Shown: positions 48,243-58,627, counted from the stretch's first letter. The stretch: DNA of 64,000 nt from Deinococcus sp. (GCA_965261005.1 OZ253376.1:247558-311557), one strand, 5' to 3'. The notes: generated from the letters alone by a model not told the origin. Translations and numbers: made by a program.

Positions 48243-49151
48243 ATGACTGCGTCCGTACCCTGGCCCATTCACCCGACAGAGAACGCTTCCAGGCTCACGG
48301 CCCTGGCGGCGTCCGTCGCCCGTCACGCTGCGGAGGAAGGGGTGCAGGCCACGCCGGTCCCCCGGCTTTACCTGATCCGGGCCTCGCGGCCCAGCCTGCC
48401 TCTACACGTGCTGCACGAACCGGCACTTTGCCTGATCGTGCGGGGGGCTAAAAAAGTGCTGCTGGGGGACCAGCTTTACCGCTATGATCCCTCGCGCTGC
48501 CTGATCGTCTCGGCCTCGCTGCCGGTGGTGGGCGAAATTCTTGAAGGCAGCGAACAGGAGCCGTACCTGTGCCTGCGGCTTGACCTTGACCGCGAACTGC
48601 TGCGCGGGGTGCTGGCGGACGCTGGCTCCACCCCAGCAGAGGACGCGCCGCCCAGCGCCGGACTGACCCTGCACCCGGTTACGCCTGATCTGCTGGACGC
48701 CTTTACCCGCTTGGTGGCGCTGCTGAACCACCCGGGAGACATCCCCGTGCTTGCGCCGCTCGTTGAGCGTGAGCTGCTGTACCGGGCGCTTCAGGGCGGC
48801 GCGGCCACGCCGCTGCACCAGGCGGTGGCCGGGACAGGAAAGGCGCTGCAAATTATCCGCGTCATCAACCATCTCAAGGGCGCCTTCACTGCTCCTTACC
48901 GCCTGGATGAACTGACCGACGAAGCCCACATGAGCCGTTCAGGACTGCACCAGCACTTCAAGGCGGTGACCGGCATGACCCCGCTCCAGTACCACAAACA
49001 GTTGCGTCTGCAAGAGGCCCGCCGGCTCCTTCAGGGCCAGACCCACAACGCCGAAGCGGCGGCGCACGCCGTGGGCTACGAGAGCGCCTCACAGTTCAGC
49101 CGCGAGTATCGCCGCTTGTTCGGCGTTTCGCCACGGCAGGACGTGGGCTGA
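48243..49151 (+). CDS. AraC-family regulator (AraC_N type)
   Basis: EPALCLIV.G.K, HFKAVTGMTPLQY.KQLRL, VGYESASQFSREY. Confidence 0.92.
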   Translation: MTASVPWPIHPTENASRLTALAASVARHAAEEGVQATPVPRLYLIRASRPSLPLHVLHEPALCLIVRGAKKVLLGDQLYRYDPSRCLIVSASLPVVGEILEGSEQEPYLCLRLDLDRELLRGVLADAGSTPAEDAPPSAGLTLHPVTPDLLDAFTRLVALLNHPGDIPVLAPLVERELLYRALQGGAATPLHQAVAGTGKALQIIRVINHLKGAFTAPYRLDELTDEAHMSRSGLHQHFKAVTGMTPLQYHKQLRLQEARRLLQGQTHNAEAAAHAVGYESASQFSREYRRLFGVSPRQDVG

Positions 49152-49279
49152 ACCCTCTCCTGTCCTGGCCGCATTGGACGAGAAAGCCGTACTGCTGTTG
49201 CGAACGGTGGATTGCACGCGTTGTGTGCGACCCTGGCGGCGAGGCGAGAAGGTGGTCTCCTCAGCACCCAACAGGCCAG

Positions 49280-49410
49280 TGAGGAAGGTCCTCTTGGCTT
49301 TGCGCCCGTGGGTTTTGAGTCGCACGGGCGTTTCCCGTTCGTGCGCTAGACTGGAATACGTGGTTTTGCGTCCCTGAGGAAACGCCTCGACAAGCCAAGT
49401 GAGGTGGGAT
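49280..49410 (-). mobile_element. Possible IS4-family transposase C-terminal remnant
   Basis: PVRLKTHGRKAKRTFLTGL resembles the KxHGRxAxSxFxxGL tail. Confidence 0.4.
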
Positions 49411-49413
49411 GCG

Positions 49414-49600
49414 GGAGAGCGGAAAAGGTAAGGCAAGGAATTCAAGCAGGAGGCGGTCCGGAGCGTGCTCCGGGTCGCGCAAGAGCTGGGGATCAGCGAC
49501 TCGGCCCTGCGCTGAAAAAAGCGGTGGCCTTTTCCGCCGAGAACAATTGAGCGCCTGCGAATTCATCGAAGGCCACCGGGCCGGGTTTCGTCTTCTCGAC
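49414..49600 (+). mobile_element. IS3-family 5' remnant (OrfA with deletions and stops, start of OrfB)
   Basis: GERKR*GKEFKQEAVR..VAQELGISDSALR*, LKKAVAF, then SACEFIEGHRAGFRL. Confidence 0.65.
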
Positions 49601-49680
49601 TGCCTGGTGCCGGCGTGCGCTGAGCTGCGCGGCGTCGGCGATCCCCGCTACAGCGCCCGCCGCTTGGGCGACCTGCTCAA

Positions 49681-50637
49681 TCACCACTCCCCTACGCTGG
49701 CGTCCAGGCTGTCGTCGCTCCACTTGGCGTACACGCGGGTCGTCTCCAATTGCGCGTGCCCGAGCTGCCGGGCGGCGGCGTCCAAATTGCCGGTCTGCCG
49801 AAACAGCCGCGTGCCCGCGTAGTGGCGCAGGGCGTGAAAGCCGCGCGGCCGGACGCCCGCCCGCCGGCACAGCCGCTCAAGGCGCTCGCGCGCCGCGTCC
49901 GTATTCTTGGCGCGCACTATATATATGGTGCCGGCCGCGCGGGGGAGGTCCCTCAACGCGGCTTGCAGCGTGCGGCTCATCACAACGACCCGCGTCTTGC
50001 CGCCCTTGCCCGCGCGCACCCGCACGCGGCGCCGCTCCAAGTCCACGTCGGCCCAGCGCACCTGCAAAGCCTCGCCGATTCGCAGCCCGGCGTGGGCGCA
50101 CAGCAGCAGCAGGGCCAGCAGGTCGCCCTCGGCGTGCTCCAGCAGACGGGCCACCTCGTCCTCCTCATAAGGGCCGCGCTTGTCCCACGGCGGCGTGGGG
50201 TCGCGCGGGGGACGCGCGTCCGCGAAGGGGTCGGCGTCGGTGGCGTTCACCCACCTGAGGGCGGCGTACAGCAGCCGCCCGCCCGCGAGGCGCACCTGAA
50301 CGGTGGCCGGACTCTTGCCGGCCTGGGCCAGCGAGTTCACCCACAGCTGCCCGCCCGCCCGCCTGGGCCGCAGCACGTTCAGGGCGTGCGCGCCCGCGTA
50401 CTCCAGGTACTGCCGTAGGCTGGTCTTGTAGGCCCGCAGGGTGTGTGAACTGACCAGGGCGCCCGCCGGGCCGTGAACCGCCAAAAACGCCTCGGCCAGC
50501 GACCACAGCTCCTCCAAGTCGCGCTCGTGGGCGGCCCTCACCGCCCGGCGCCGCGCGTCCTCCTCGGGCAAGTCGGCCCAACGCGAGGCGCGCCCGGTCA
50601 AGCTGGTCTCGTGCAGCTGAATCGCTTGGGAATTCAT
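49681..50637 (-). CDS. Tyrosine recombinase (XerC/D-like), intact catalytic set
   Basis: GLRIGE (R), GKGGK (K), HALRH, LGH, TRVY (Y); N-terminal SAM-like HTLRAY. Confidence 0.93.
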   Translation of the reverse strand: MNSQAIQLHETSLTGRASRWADLPEEDARRRAVRAAHERDLEELWSLAEAFLAVHGPAGALVSSHTLRAYKTSLRQYLEYAGAHALNVLRPRRAGGQLWVNSLAQAGKSPATVQVRLAGGRLLYAALRWVNATDADPFADARPPRDPTPPWDKRGPYEEDEVARLLEHAEGDLLALLLLCAHAGLRIGEALQVRWADVDLERRRVRVRAGKGGKTRVVVMSRTLQAALRDLPRAAGTIYIVRAKNTDAARERLERLCRRAGVRPRGFHALRHYAGTRLFRQTGNLDAAARQLGHAQLETTRVYAKWSDDSLDASVGEW

Positions 50638-50640
50638 GTA

Positions 50641-50668
50641 CCCCCTGATAAGTGATCTTATCAGGGGG
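50641..50668. promoter_or_regulatory. dif-like recombination/operator site: 11-bp arms, 6-bp spacer
   Basis: CCCCCTGATAA-GTGATC-TTATCAGGGGG, 3 bp upstream of recombinase ATG. Confidence 0.75.
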
Positions 50669-50770
50669 GTGCGTTTTTGGGCAAGCCTTGCTTCACCCGG
50701 ACATCATGATCCCCGCTTTAAACCGCCCGAAGAAGACGGCTCACTTGACGCTGTTCCCATAAGGGAAGCC

Positions 50771-51916
50771 ATGAAACGTCTGCTCCTGCTCACCCTCTTA
50801 AGCTTCGGCCTCGTCACCGCCCAGCCCTTGCCACAGGTCGCCACCCATTCGGGGCCGCCCCTCGAACTGGTCCACGCCTTTTACGGCCACATGCCGGTCG
50901 GGGTGGCGCTCAATTCCAAGGGGCGCATCTTCGTGTCGTACCCGCGCTGGGAAGACAAGCTGTCCTACTCCATCGCCGAGATCAAAAACGGCCGCGCGGT
51001 GCCGTACCCCAACCGCTACCTGAACGCCACGCCGATTTCCTACGACGAGAACCGCTTTGTCGGCGTGCAGGGCCTGACCGTGGACGCGAAGGACCGGCTG
51101 TGGGTGCTCGACACCGGGACCTTCAACCTGGGGCGGATTCTCAGCCAAAACGCCCCCAAGCTGGTCGGCATTGACACCGCCACCAATCAGGTCGTCAAGA
51201 CCATTCACTTTCCGGCGAACGTCGCGCTGCCCCACACCTACCTCAACGATCTGCGCGTTGACCTGCGCTACGGGCAAGACGGCGTCGCCTACATCACCGA
51301 CTCGGGGGCGCAGTCAGGGGCCGGCATCATTGTGGTGGACCTCGCCACGGGCCACTCTTGGCGCAAGCTGACCGGGGACGAGACGGTGACGCCGGTACCG
51401 GGATTCCTCTCGTTCCCGGACGGCAAGGCGCTCCTTCGGCGTCCCCCGTACCGTGCGGCGACCCACATCGGCTTCGCGGCCGACAGCATCGCCATCAGCC
51501 CGAAGGGGGACGTTCTCTACTACGCCCCCACCGCCTCGCGCCGCCTCTACGCGGTACCGACGGCCGCGCTGCGCGACGAAAACCTCAGCGACGCCGAGGT
51601 GAAGCGCCAGGTGCGCGACCTCGGGGAAAAGGGCGTCTCGGACGGCATGACCCAGGACACCGCCGGGCGAATCTACACCACCAACCACGAGCTGAACGCC
51701 ATCTTCCGCCGCCTGCCCAGCGGCGACTTCGAGACGGTCGTGCGCGACCCGCGCCTGATCTGGCCGGATACCCTCTGGATTCACGGCGGCTACCTGTACA
51801 TTCTCAATGACCAGCTGAACCGCCAGGCCAAGTACCACCACGGCGAGGACCAGCGCGTGGAGCCATACGCCTTGTTCCGGGTCAAGCTGAACGCCAAGCC
51901 CGTTTTGCTCAAGTAG
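50771..51916 (+). CDS. Major royal jelly/Yellow-like beta-propeller protein, secreted
   Basis: Signal peptide; RIFVSYPRW, RLWVLDTG, YLNDLRVD, AYITDS, WPDTL. Confidence 0.88.
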   Translation: MKRLLLLTLLSFGLVTAQPLPQVATHSGPPLELVHAFYGHMPVGVALNSKGRIFVSYPRWEDKLSYSIAEIKNGRAVPYPNRYLNATPISYDENRFVGVQGLTVDAKDRLWVLDTGTFNLGRILSQNAPKLVGIDTATNQVVKTIHFPANVALPHTYLNDLRVDLRYGQDGVAYITDSGAQSGAGIIVVDLATGHSWRKLTGDETVTPVPGFLSFPDGKALLRRPPYRAATHIGFAADSIAISPKGDVLYYAPTASRRLYAVPTAALRDENLSDAEVKRQVRDLGEKGVSDGMTQDTAGRIYTTNHELNAIFRRLPSGDFETVVRDPRLIWPDTLWIHGGYLYILNDQLNRQAKYHHGEDQRVEPYALFRVKLNAKPVLLK

Positions 51917-51958
51917 TTTCGCCCAAGAGTTTTGTTCGAGAAAGGGCGGGAGGAACCC

Positions 51959-52972
51959 ATGAACATACAGCTCAAGAAGGTGGAGGATCAGGTCATGGTC
52001 ATCACCGGCGCCTCGTCGGGCATCGGCCTGACGACCGCAAGAATGGCGGCGCAGCGCGGGGCGCGCCTGGTGCTGGCGGCCCGCAGCGAGGGCGCCCTGC
52101 GCGAGTTGGCAGACGAGCTGAAGGCGGGCGGCACGCACGCGACCCTGGTGGTGGCGGACGTGAGCGAGCGCGCCGACGTGGTGAGAATTGCGCGCGTCGC
52201 CCAGGACCAGTACGGCGGCTTCGACAGCTGGGTCAACAACGCGGGCGTCGGGATGTACGGCAAGCTGGAGGACGTCACCTTCGAGAACATGCGCCAGCTG
52301 TTCGACACCAACCTGTGGGGCCTGGTGTACGGCTCCCTGGAAGCGGTCAAGACCCTGAGAGAGCGCGGCGGCGCCCTGATCAACATGGGCAGCACCGCCT
52401 CTGAGCGCGCCATCGCGCTTCAGGGCGTCTACTCGGCGTCCAAGCACGCCGTCAAGGGCTTCACCGACGCGCTGCGTATGGAGTTGGAGGCGGACGGCGC
52501 CCCGGTGTCGGTCACGCTGATCAAGCCGGGCGCGATTGACACGCCCTTTCCACTCAACGCCAAGAACTACCTGGACGTGGAGCCGCAGCACGTGCCGCCG
52601 GTCTACGCGCCCGACGCGGTGGCGCGCGCCGTCCTGCACGCCGCCGAGCACCCCACCCGCGAGCTGTTCGTGGGCGCCGGCGGCAAGGGGCTGGCCGCCT
52701 TTGGTGACCTGGCGCCGGGCCTGATGGACAAGTTCGAGGAGCGCTCGACCATGCCCGGCACCAAAGCCAGCGGCAAGCCCCCGCGCCCGCGCGGCCAGAA
52801 CGCGCTGGAACATCCCTCAGAACATCTCGCCGAGCGGGGCGACTACCCCGGCTTCGTGCAGGGCGGCAGCCTGTACACCCAGGCGGCGCAGAGCGGCGCG
52901 CTGCGCGGCGCCCTGCTGGCCGGGGCGGGCCTGGCCGCCTTCGCGCTGTGGCGCAGTTCGCGGCGAGGGTAA
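51959..52972 (+). CDS. SDR oxidoreductase with C-terminal hydrophobic tail
   Basis: TGASSGIG, WVNNAG, YSASKHA. Confidence 0.9.
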   Translation: MNIQLKKVEDQVMVITGASSGIGLTTARMAAQRGARLVLAARSEGALRELADELKAGGTHATLVVADVSERADVVRIARVAQDQYGGFDSWVNNAGVGMYGKLEDVTFENMRQLFDTNLWGLVYGSLEAVKTLRERGGALINMGSTASERAIALQGVYSASKHAVKGFTDALRMELEADGAPVSVTLIKPGAIDTPFPLNAKNYLDVEPQHVPPVYAPDAVARAVLHAAEHPTRELFVGAGGKGLAAFGDLAPGLMDKFEERSTMPGTKASGKPPRPRGQNALEHPSEHLAERGDYPGFVQGGSLYTQAAQSGALRGALLAGAGLAAFALWRSSRRG

Positions 52973-52997
52973 GGGTGCCGGGAGGTGGGCGCCGGAT

Positions 52998-54071
52998 TCA
53001 GGGCGTCAGCACCACCTTGATGACCCCGCCCTGGTACTGGGACAGCATCTCAAAGGCGGCGCCCACCTCCGAGAGCGGCAGCGTGTGGGTCACGATGGCG
53101 TTCACGTCCACCAGGCCGCTCCGGACGTACTCGATGGCGCGCGGGTAGATGTCGCCCATGCGGCGCGACAGCTTGATGGTCAGGCCCTTGCGCCGGACGA
53201 GAGAGCCGGTTAGCGAGAACTCGTCGCCGTCGGGAATGCCCACCAGCACCACCTTGCCACCGATGCGCGCGGCCTCGGTGGCGTGCCGGGGGCCGTCGGG
53301 GCTGGTGGTGGCCTCGATCACCACGTCCGCCCCGCGCCGGGGCGTGTCCGCGACCGCCTCCAGATAGCGGCCCACGTCCGGGTACACGGCGGTCGCGCCC
53401 AATTCCAGCGCTTTGTCGCGGCGGTAGGCCAGCGGCTCGATCACGCTGAGGGTCAGCGCCCCGCACAGGCGGGCCAGCATCAACACGTACAGCCCGATGG
53501 GGCCGGCGCCCAGAACGGCCAGGTGGGTGCCCGGCCGCAGATTGGCGAGGTCCAGCGCGTGCATGGCGACGCCCAGCGGCTCCAGCAGCGCCGCCTGACT
53601 CGCTGTGAAGCCGGGCGGCACCGTAAAGACCGAGCTGGCCGGCACGGCGATGTACTCGGCCATCGCGCCCGCGTGGGGCGGCGCGCCGACAAAGGTCATG
53701 TTGGGACACAGGTGGTACTCGCCCTCGTGGCACCAGGGGCAGTGGTGGCACGGCTGGGCGGGATCCACGGCGACCAGCGTGCCGCCCGGCAGCCCGAACG
53801 CCTCGCCGCTGTCCCCCACGATCTGCCCGGCGAACTCGTGGCCGGGAATGAAGTCGCCGGTCACCACCGCCGATCCGATCCGGCCCTCGTTGTAGTAGTG
53901 CAGGTCCGAGCCGCAGATGCTGTTGGCGCGCACCCGCAGCAGCACCTGGCCGGGGCCGGGCTTGGGCCTCGCGACCTCGCCGAGTTCGATGTGGTGGGGG
54001 CCGCGCATAATGGCGGCGGGCATGCTGGCGGCCCTCTCGCCGGGGCCGGTCTTATCGTGCGTGCGGGTCAT
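52998..54071 (-). CDS. Zn-dependent polyol (sorbitol/L-iditol-type) dehydrogenase
   Basis: ICGSDLHYY, GHEFAG, CxxCxxC..C, LLEPLGV, GAGPIG. Confidence 0.9.
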   Translation of the reverse strand: MTRTHDKTGPGERAASMPAAIMRGPHHIELGEVARPKPGPGQVLLRVRANSICGSDLHYYNEGRIGSAVVTGDFIPGHEFAGQIVGDSGEAFGLPGGTLVAVDPAQPCHHCPWCHEGEYHLCPNMTFVGAPPHAGAMAEYIAVPASSVFTVPPGFTASQAALLEPLGVAMHALDLANLRPGTHLAVLGAGPIGLYVLMLARLCGALTLSVIEPLAYRRDKALELGATAVYPDVGRYLEAVADTPRRGADVVIEATTSPDGPRHATEAARIGGKVVLVGIPDGDEFSLTGSLVRRKGLTIKLSRRMGDIYPRAIEYVRSGLVDVNAIVTHTLPLSEVGAAFEMLSQYQGGVIKVVLTP

Positions 54072-54243
54072 GTCAAAGCTCCTCGAAAAGTCGAAACGGC
54101 GAGAGGCTCCCAAATCTCCACCCCTCTCCCCTTGAGGAGCGCGAAGCACCCACGAAGCGGAGAGGGGCCGGGGGTCCCACCAGTATGCCTCTTTCTCGCC
54201 GTCCTTCCGCGACAACTTGCCAGAACCCCTACAGGTTATAAGG

Positions 54244-54972
54244 TTATAAATCAAGACTCTGGGGAACGATGACGAGATCGCGGACCGTGATATTGCGTGG
54301 CCGTGTCAGCATGAACATGACGGCCTCGGCGACTTCCTTGGCTTCCATAAGGCTACCGTCCGCCAGAGCTTCATCGCGTTTGGCCTGAGGCCAGTCGTTG
54401 ATGAGCGCCGTTACGACCGGCCCCGGCAAAACGGCACCGACGCGCAGACCATGCTTGGCCACCTGTCTGCGTACAGTATGGACAAAAGCCTGCACGGCAT
54501 GTTTGGACGCCGTGTAGATTGGCTCCCACACGACCGGTACCACGCCAGCGACCGAACTCGTCACGATGATATCGCCACTCTTTCGTTCAATCATATGAGG
54601 CAGCACAGCTTGAATAGTACGGAAGGTGGCGTTGATGTTCAGGTTGAGCATACGGTCCCAAGCGTCGGGATCGCCTGTAGCGACTTCACCGCCAACGTAA
54701 GAACCGGCGTTGGCGTGAAAGATATCGAGTTGTCCCACCGCCTCTAGAATCTGCGGCATCATGGTTGCGACGCTTCCCTTGTCGAGCAGATCGATAACAA
54801 GCGGAATGGCGTCAGAGCCGATCTCGGCACAATGCTCAGTGAGCGCCTCTTCCGCTCTGTCCACCAAGACGACCTTGGCGCCCGCAGCGGCCATGTGTCT
54901 CGCGCACTCGAGTCCGATCCCGGAGGCGGCACCCGTAACTGCCGCCACCTTGCCCGCGAGTCTCTGTTCCAT
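54244..54972 (-). CDS. rbtD: Ribitol 2-dehydrogenase
   Basis: [42 protein letters not shown]. Confidence 0.85.
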   Translation of the reverse strand: MEQRLAGKVAAVTGAASGIGLECARHMAAAGAKVVLVDRAEEALTEHCAEIGSDAIPLVIDLLDKGSVATMMPQILEAVGQLDIFHANAGSYVGGEVATGDPDAWDRMLNLNINATFRTIQAVLPHMIERKSGDIIVTSSVAGVVPVVWEPIYTASKHAVQAFVHTVRRQVAKHGLRVGAVLPGPVVTALINDWPQAKRDEALADGSLMEAKEVAEAVMFMLTRPRNITVRDLVIVPQSLDL

Positions 54973-54998
54973 GTATAAACATCTCCAAGAAGTCCAGG

Positions 54999-56255
54999 TC
55001 AAGCGCGGCCATTGGACATTCGCGAGCGCCGCGATAAGGAATCGACAATGACTGCGATCGCCAGAACGGCACCAGTAATCATGTAGCGAAGCGACGACGA
55101 CAGATCGAGCAGCGTCAGGCCGCTGGAGATCGCCTGAATGACGATGATACCGAGCAGGGCCGAATAAGCGCTGCCGCGCCCACCGAACAGACTGGTGCCG
55201 CCGATCACGGCCGCAGCGATTGCATTGAGATTGACGTCGCCGGTGCCGGCCTGTTGGCTTGCCGAAGCCAGCCGCGATGCGGCCAGCACGCCGCCAAGGG
55301 CAGCCAGCGTCGAACAGGCAATGAAGGCGCTCATGTAAATGCGGCTCACATTGATGCCCGAACGCCTTGCAGCTTCGGGATTGCCGCCAACAGCGGTTAT
55401 CGAACGCCCCCACTGTGTCTGCTTCAAAGCGTAATTCATCGCTATGACCAAGCCGACAAACAACCCGAACATCCATGGCACGCCGCGCGTCTTGTTGAGG
55501 TAAAAGACGATGAATTCCAGGCTTATGAAAATAGCCAACGCTTTGGTTGCGATCGTGACCATCGATTGCGTCGACAGACCAGACTTCTTACGACGCTGCT
55601 CAGTTCGGTAGTTTGTCACGAAGACACCAACTGCGGCCAAAGCGACGAGCGCGTAAGCCAACCAGTTCGGCACCGTCAGGAGCTGCCCGAATGAGACCAG
55701 CGGCGAGCCGAAAGGCAGGTTGATCGAACCCGTCGAGCGGAGGAGATAGAGTTGCAGCCCGAGAAAGGCGAGCAGCCCTGCAAGGGTCGACACGAAGCTC
55801 GGCATGCCGAGCCAATTGAAGAGAAAGGCGTAGGCTGCGCCGATGAGCGCACCAATGACGAGCGCTGCGATAATAGCCAACAGCACGGGCCACCCCTGAT
55901 TGACCCACAATGTGCCAACGAGCGCTGAGGCGAAGCCGCTCACCGAGCCGACCGACAGATCGATCTGCGCCACCATCAGAACACAGACGATACCGAGCGA
56001 AATCACGCCGATCGTCGAGGAATCGAACAACAGATTGGCGAGGTTGCTGCTCGACAGGAAGACCGGGTTGAGGATCTGGAAGACTGTGCAAATGATGAGT
56101 AAGCCGATGACCACCGGCAGGAAGCCGAGATCGCCCGATTTGACCCGGGTGATGAATGCCTCGAAAGCGCCGCCGATGCCGGTCGCGTGCTTAACACGTA
56201 CGTCGGCGCGGTCGAGCAGTGGGGTGTCGGAAGAGCCGTCTTGCGGCTGGCTCAT
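54999..56255 (-). CDS. Sugar/polyol ABC permease (XylH-like)
   Basis: [31 protein letters not shown]. Confidence 0.92.
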   Translation of the reverse strand: MSQPQDGSSDTPLLDRADVRVKHATGIGGAFEAFITRVKSGDLGFLPVVIGLLIICTVFQILNPVFLSSSNLANLLFDSSTIGVISLGIVCVLMVAQIDLSVGSVSGFASALVGTLWVNQGWPVLLAIIAALVIGALIGAAYAFLFNWLGMPSFVSTLAGLLAFLGLQLYLLRSTGSINLPFGSPLVSFGQLLTVPNWLAYALVALAAVGVFVTNYRTEQRRKKSGLSTQSMVTIATKALAIFISLEFIVFYLNKTRGVPWMFGLFVGLVIAMNYALKQTQWGRSITAVGGNPEAARRSGINVSRIYMSAFIACSTLAALGGVLAASRLASASQQAGTGDVNLNAIAAAVIGGTSLFGGRGSAYSALLGIIVIQAISSGLTLLDLSSSLRYMITGAVLAIAVIVDSLSRRSRMSNGRA

Positions 56256-57073
56256 GGCCTCGCCTCATTGGAATGTTCAAGCTGGGCGCGCCGCCCGGCA
56301 CGCCGGGTGACAGAATTTTCAGATGCGCCTGTGATAGCGCTGACCAGTTCTTCGTTCGAAGCGTCGGGCATGAGGATACCGTTGTTGCGCCCGAGCCGAA
56401 GCACAACGATCCGGTCGGCGACGGCACGCACATCCTCCATGTTATGGCTCACCATGATCACGCCGAGGCCACGCGCGCGCACCCGCTCGATGAGGTCGAG
56501 CACTTCCGCCGTCTGCGCGACGCCGAGGGCCGCCGTCGGCTCGTCAAGCATGATCAGTTTTGGCTTGAGCAGCAGCGACCTGGCGATGGCGACGGTCTGG
56601 CGCTGGCCGCCCGAAAGTGAGGCGATCGGTTCCCGCACGCTTGGAATGCGCGCCGAAAGTTCGTTGAGGAGCGTCCAGGCGCGAATTTCCATACTCACTT
56701 CGTCGAGATGCCAAGGTCCCTGTTCGCGCCCCAAAAAGATGTTGGCGACGACATCGAGATTCTCGCACAGCGCGAGGTCTTGGAAGACCGTCGCAATGCC
56801 GAGATCGAGTGCCGTCGACGGATCGACGAGTTTGACCGGCTTACCGGCAAAAAAAATTTCTCCTGCGCTCGGCTGATGTACGCCAGCAATAATCTTGACG
56901 AGCGTCGACTTGCCGGCACCGTTGTCACCTACAAGGGCAACAACTTCACCGGCATGAACGTCAAATTCGATGTCGCTGAGCGCCGAGACGGCGCCGAAAT
57001 GCTTGGAGATGCCGCGCAGGCTGAGCACCGGCTCTCCGTGAGGTACCGCGCTTTCCGGAAGGTCACTCCTCAT
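56252..57073 (-). CDS. Single-domain sugar ABC ATPase
   Basis: GDNGAGKST, LSGGQRQ, LDEPTAALGV. Confidence 0.92.
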   Translation of the reverse strand: MRSDLPESAVPHGEPVLSLRGISKHFGAVSALSDIEFDVHAGEVVALVGDNGAGKSTLVKIIAGVHQPSAGEIFFAGKPVKLVDPSTALDLGIATVFQDLALCENLDVVANIFLGREQGPWHLDEVSMEIRAWTLLNELSARIPSVREPIASLSGGQRQTVAIARSLLLKPKLIMLDEPTAALGVAQTAEVLDLIERVRARGLGVIMVSHNMEDVRAVADRIVVLRLGRNNGILMPDASNEELVSAITGASENSVTRRAGRRAQLEHSNEARP

Positions 57074-57157
57074 TTCATCCAGCCTTCCCCTTGTTAACCG
57101 GAAGAGCTTTGCAGAAGGGTCGTCCGCCTGTGACAGCGGACGATCCCTTCGCAACGC

Positions 57158-58222
57158 CTACGGGTTGATGCCAAGCTTCTTGCAAGCGTCTTCATACCCC
57201 TTGCAGAGCACGGCGGCAGAGACAATCGGCTGACCGTTGAGCTTCTTATCGATGACCTCAGCCTTGAGATTGTCGGCGGTGATCAACGTCGGTGTGAAGA
57301 GCTTCGTCGGCGTATTGAAAAGCGTCGTATCGGCCTTCGGCTTCTCACCTTTGAGGAGCGCCACGGCCACGTCCGCAGCGGCGCCCGCCACGATCTCGCT
57401 TGGTTTCAAGATCGTATTGTACTGAAGGCCGACGACGATGTACTGTAGCCCCGCAATCGTCGCGTCGTTGCCGGTGATCGGCGGGACCGGATTGACGCCC
57501 GCCGCCTTGAACGCAGCGACGGCGCCGCCTGCCGTGCCGTCATTGGCGGCGACGACGCCGCGAATCTGCTTGCCAAAGCGCGTGATCTGGCCGCTTGCCC
57601 ATTGCTGCGCCTTGCTCGGTGCCCACTCCGGGGTGTCGTATTCGGCAAGGGCCTTGTAATTTCCGGACGCGAGGCCCGCATGAATGCCCTTCTTGATCAG
57701 GCCAGCGGCAGCGTCCGTTGGCGAACCGTTGATTTCTAGAATGCCGCTTTGATCGGTCGGCATGTTCATCTTCTTGAGATGGGCGACCAGTGACGTTGCG
57801 ATCATCTTGCCGATCGCTTCATTGTTGAAGGACACGTAGTAATCGGCTTGCGCGTTCGGGATCGGACGGTCATACGCGATCACCTTGATCCCTTGACCTT
57901 GCGCTCGCTTGACCAACGAAGCCGCCGCCGCTGTGTCGACCGCATCCAGGACGATTGCCTTTGCGCCCTGAGAGATCACGGAGTTGAACTGCTGTTGCTG
58001 TTTGGTGGCGTCCCCATCCGCATTCAGATAGATCACCTTGCAGCTCGCGCACTGCTTCTTCATTTCAGCGACAAAGCCCGGATAGTCGTGCTGCTCATAG
58101 CGCGTGGAAGCCTGATCTGGCATGAGGAACGCGACGGTCGCATTGTTCAATGTTTGGGCATTGGCCTGTGCGCCAAAAACGGCACTCAGCAAAGCGGCGG
58201 AAAGAGCAAGGGGACGTTTCAT
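57158..58222 (-). CDS. Sugar/polyol ABC substrate-binding protein (XylF-like)
   Basis: FLMPD..STRY, IAYDR, ANDGTAGG, TGNDA. Confidence 0.92.
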   Translation of the reverse strand: MKRPLALSAALLSAVFGAQANAQTLNNATVAFLMPDQASTRYEQHDYPGFVAEMKKQCASCKVIYLNADGDATKQQQQFNSVISQGAKAIVLDAVDTAAAASLVKRAQGQGIKVIAYDRPIPNAQADYYVSFNNEAIGKMIATSLVAHLKKMNMPTDQSGILEINGSPTDAAAGLIKKGIHAGLASGNYKALAEYDTPEWAPSKAQQWASGQITRFGKQIRGVVAANDGTAGGAVAAFKAAGVNPVPPITGNDATIAGLQYIVVGLQYNTILKPSEIVAGAAADVAVALLKGEKPKADTTLFNTPTKLFTPTLITADNLKAEVIDKKLNGQPIVSAAVLCKGYEDACKKLGINP

Positions 58223-58324
58223 AGAATTCCTCCAAAACAAAATCAGTGTGCAGGAGAGCAGTTTCCAAAGCCGGGAGATGGATAGAGCCGTCCAAAACAG
58301 TATGGGCGATTCCCGCGAAAGTAT

Positions 58325-58566
58325 TGAACATTTGCGCTTTGGTTGAGCAATAGTTTAAGCACGGGTTGCCCCAACTGTCAACTTTCTTAAACAAGGTGTG
58401 AAACGACGCTCCTAATCGTAGGACCTTGCCAGAAGGCCCAGCTTTCGCTCGGTCTGGGTGGCCGGGCCTGCTGACCATGGGGATATGGCGCCGTCCAAGC
58501 GCGAAAAGAGACCGCGACCGCTGAACTTATGTTCAGAGCTTGAGAAGATGTTCAGAGCAATTGCTC
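58325..58566. promoter_or_regulatory. Candidate SorC/DeoR operators
   Basis: TGAACTTATGTTCA, TGAGAAGATGTTCA, GAGCAATTGCTC, TGAACATTTGCGCT, TGAGCAATAGTTTA. Confidence 0.55.
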
Positions 58567-58627
58567 ATCCGGCTTTTGACGGCCGTGGCCACCGTATCTT
58601 AGTTTGAGCCTACGTTGAGGAGGTTGA

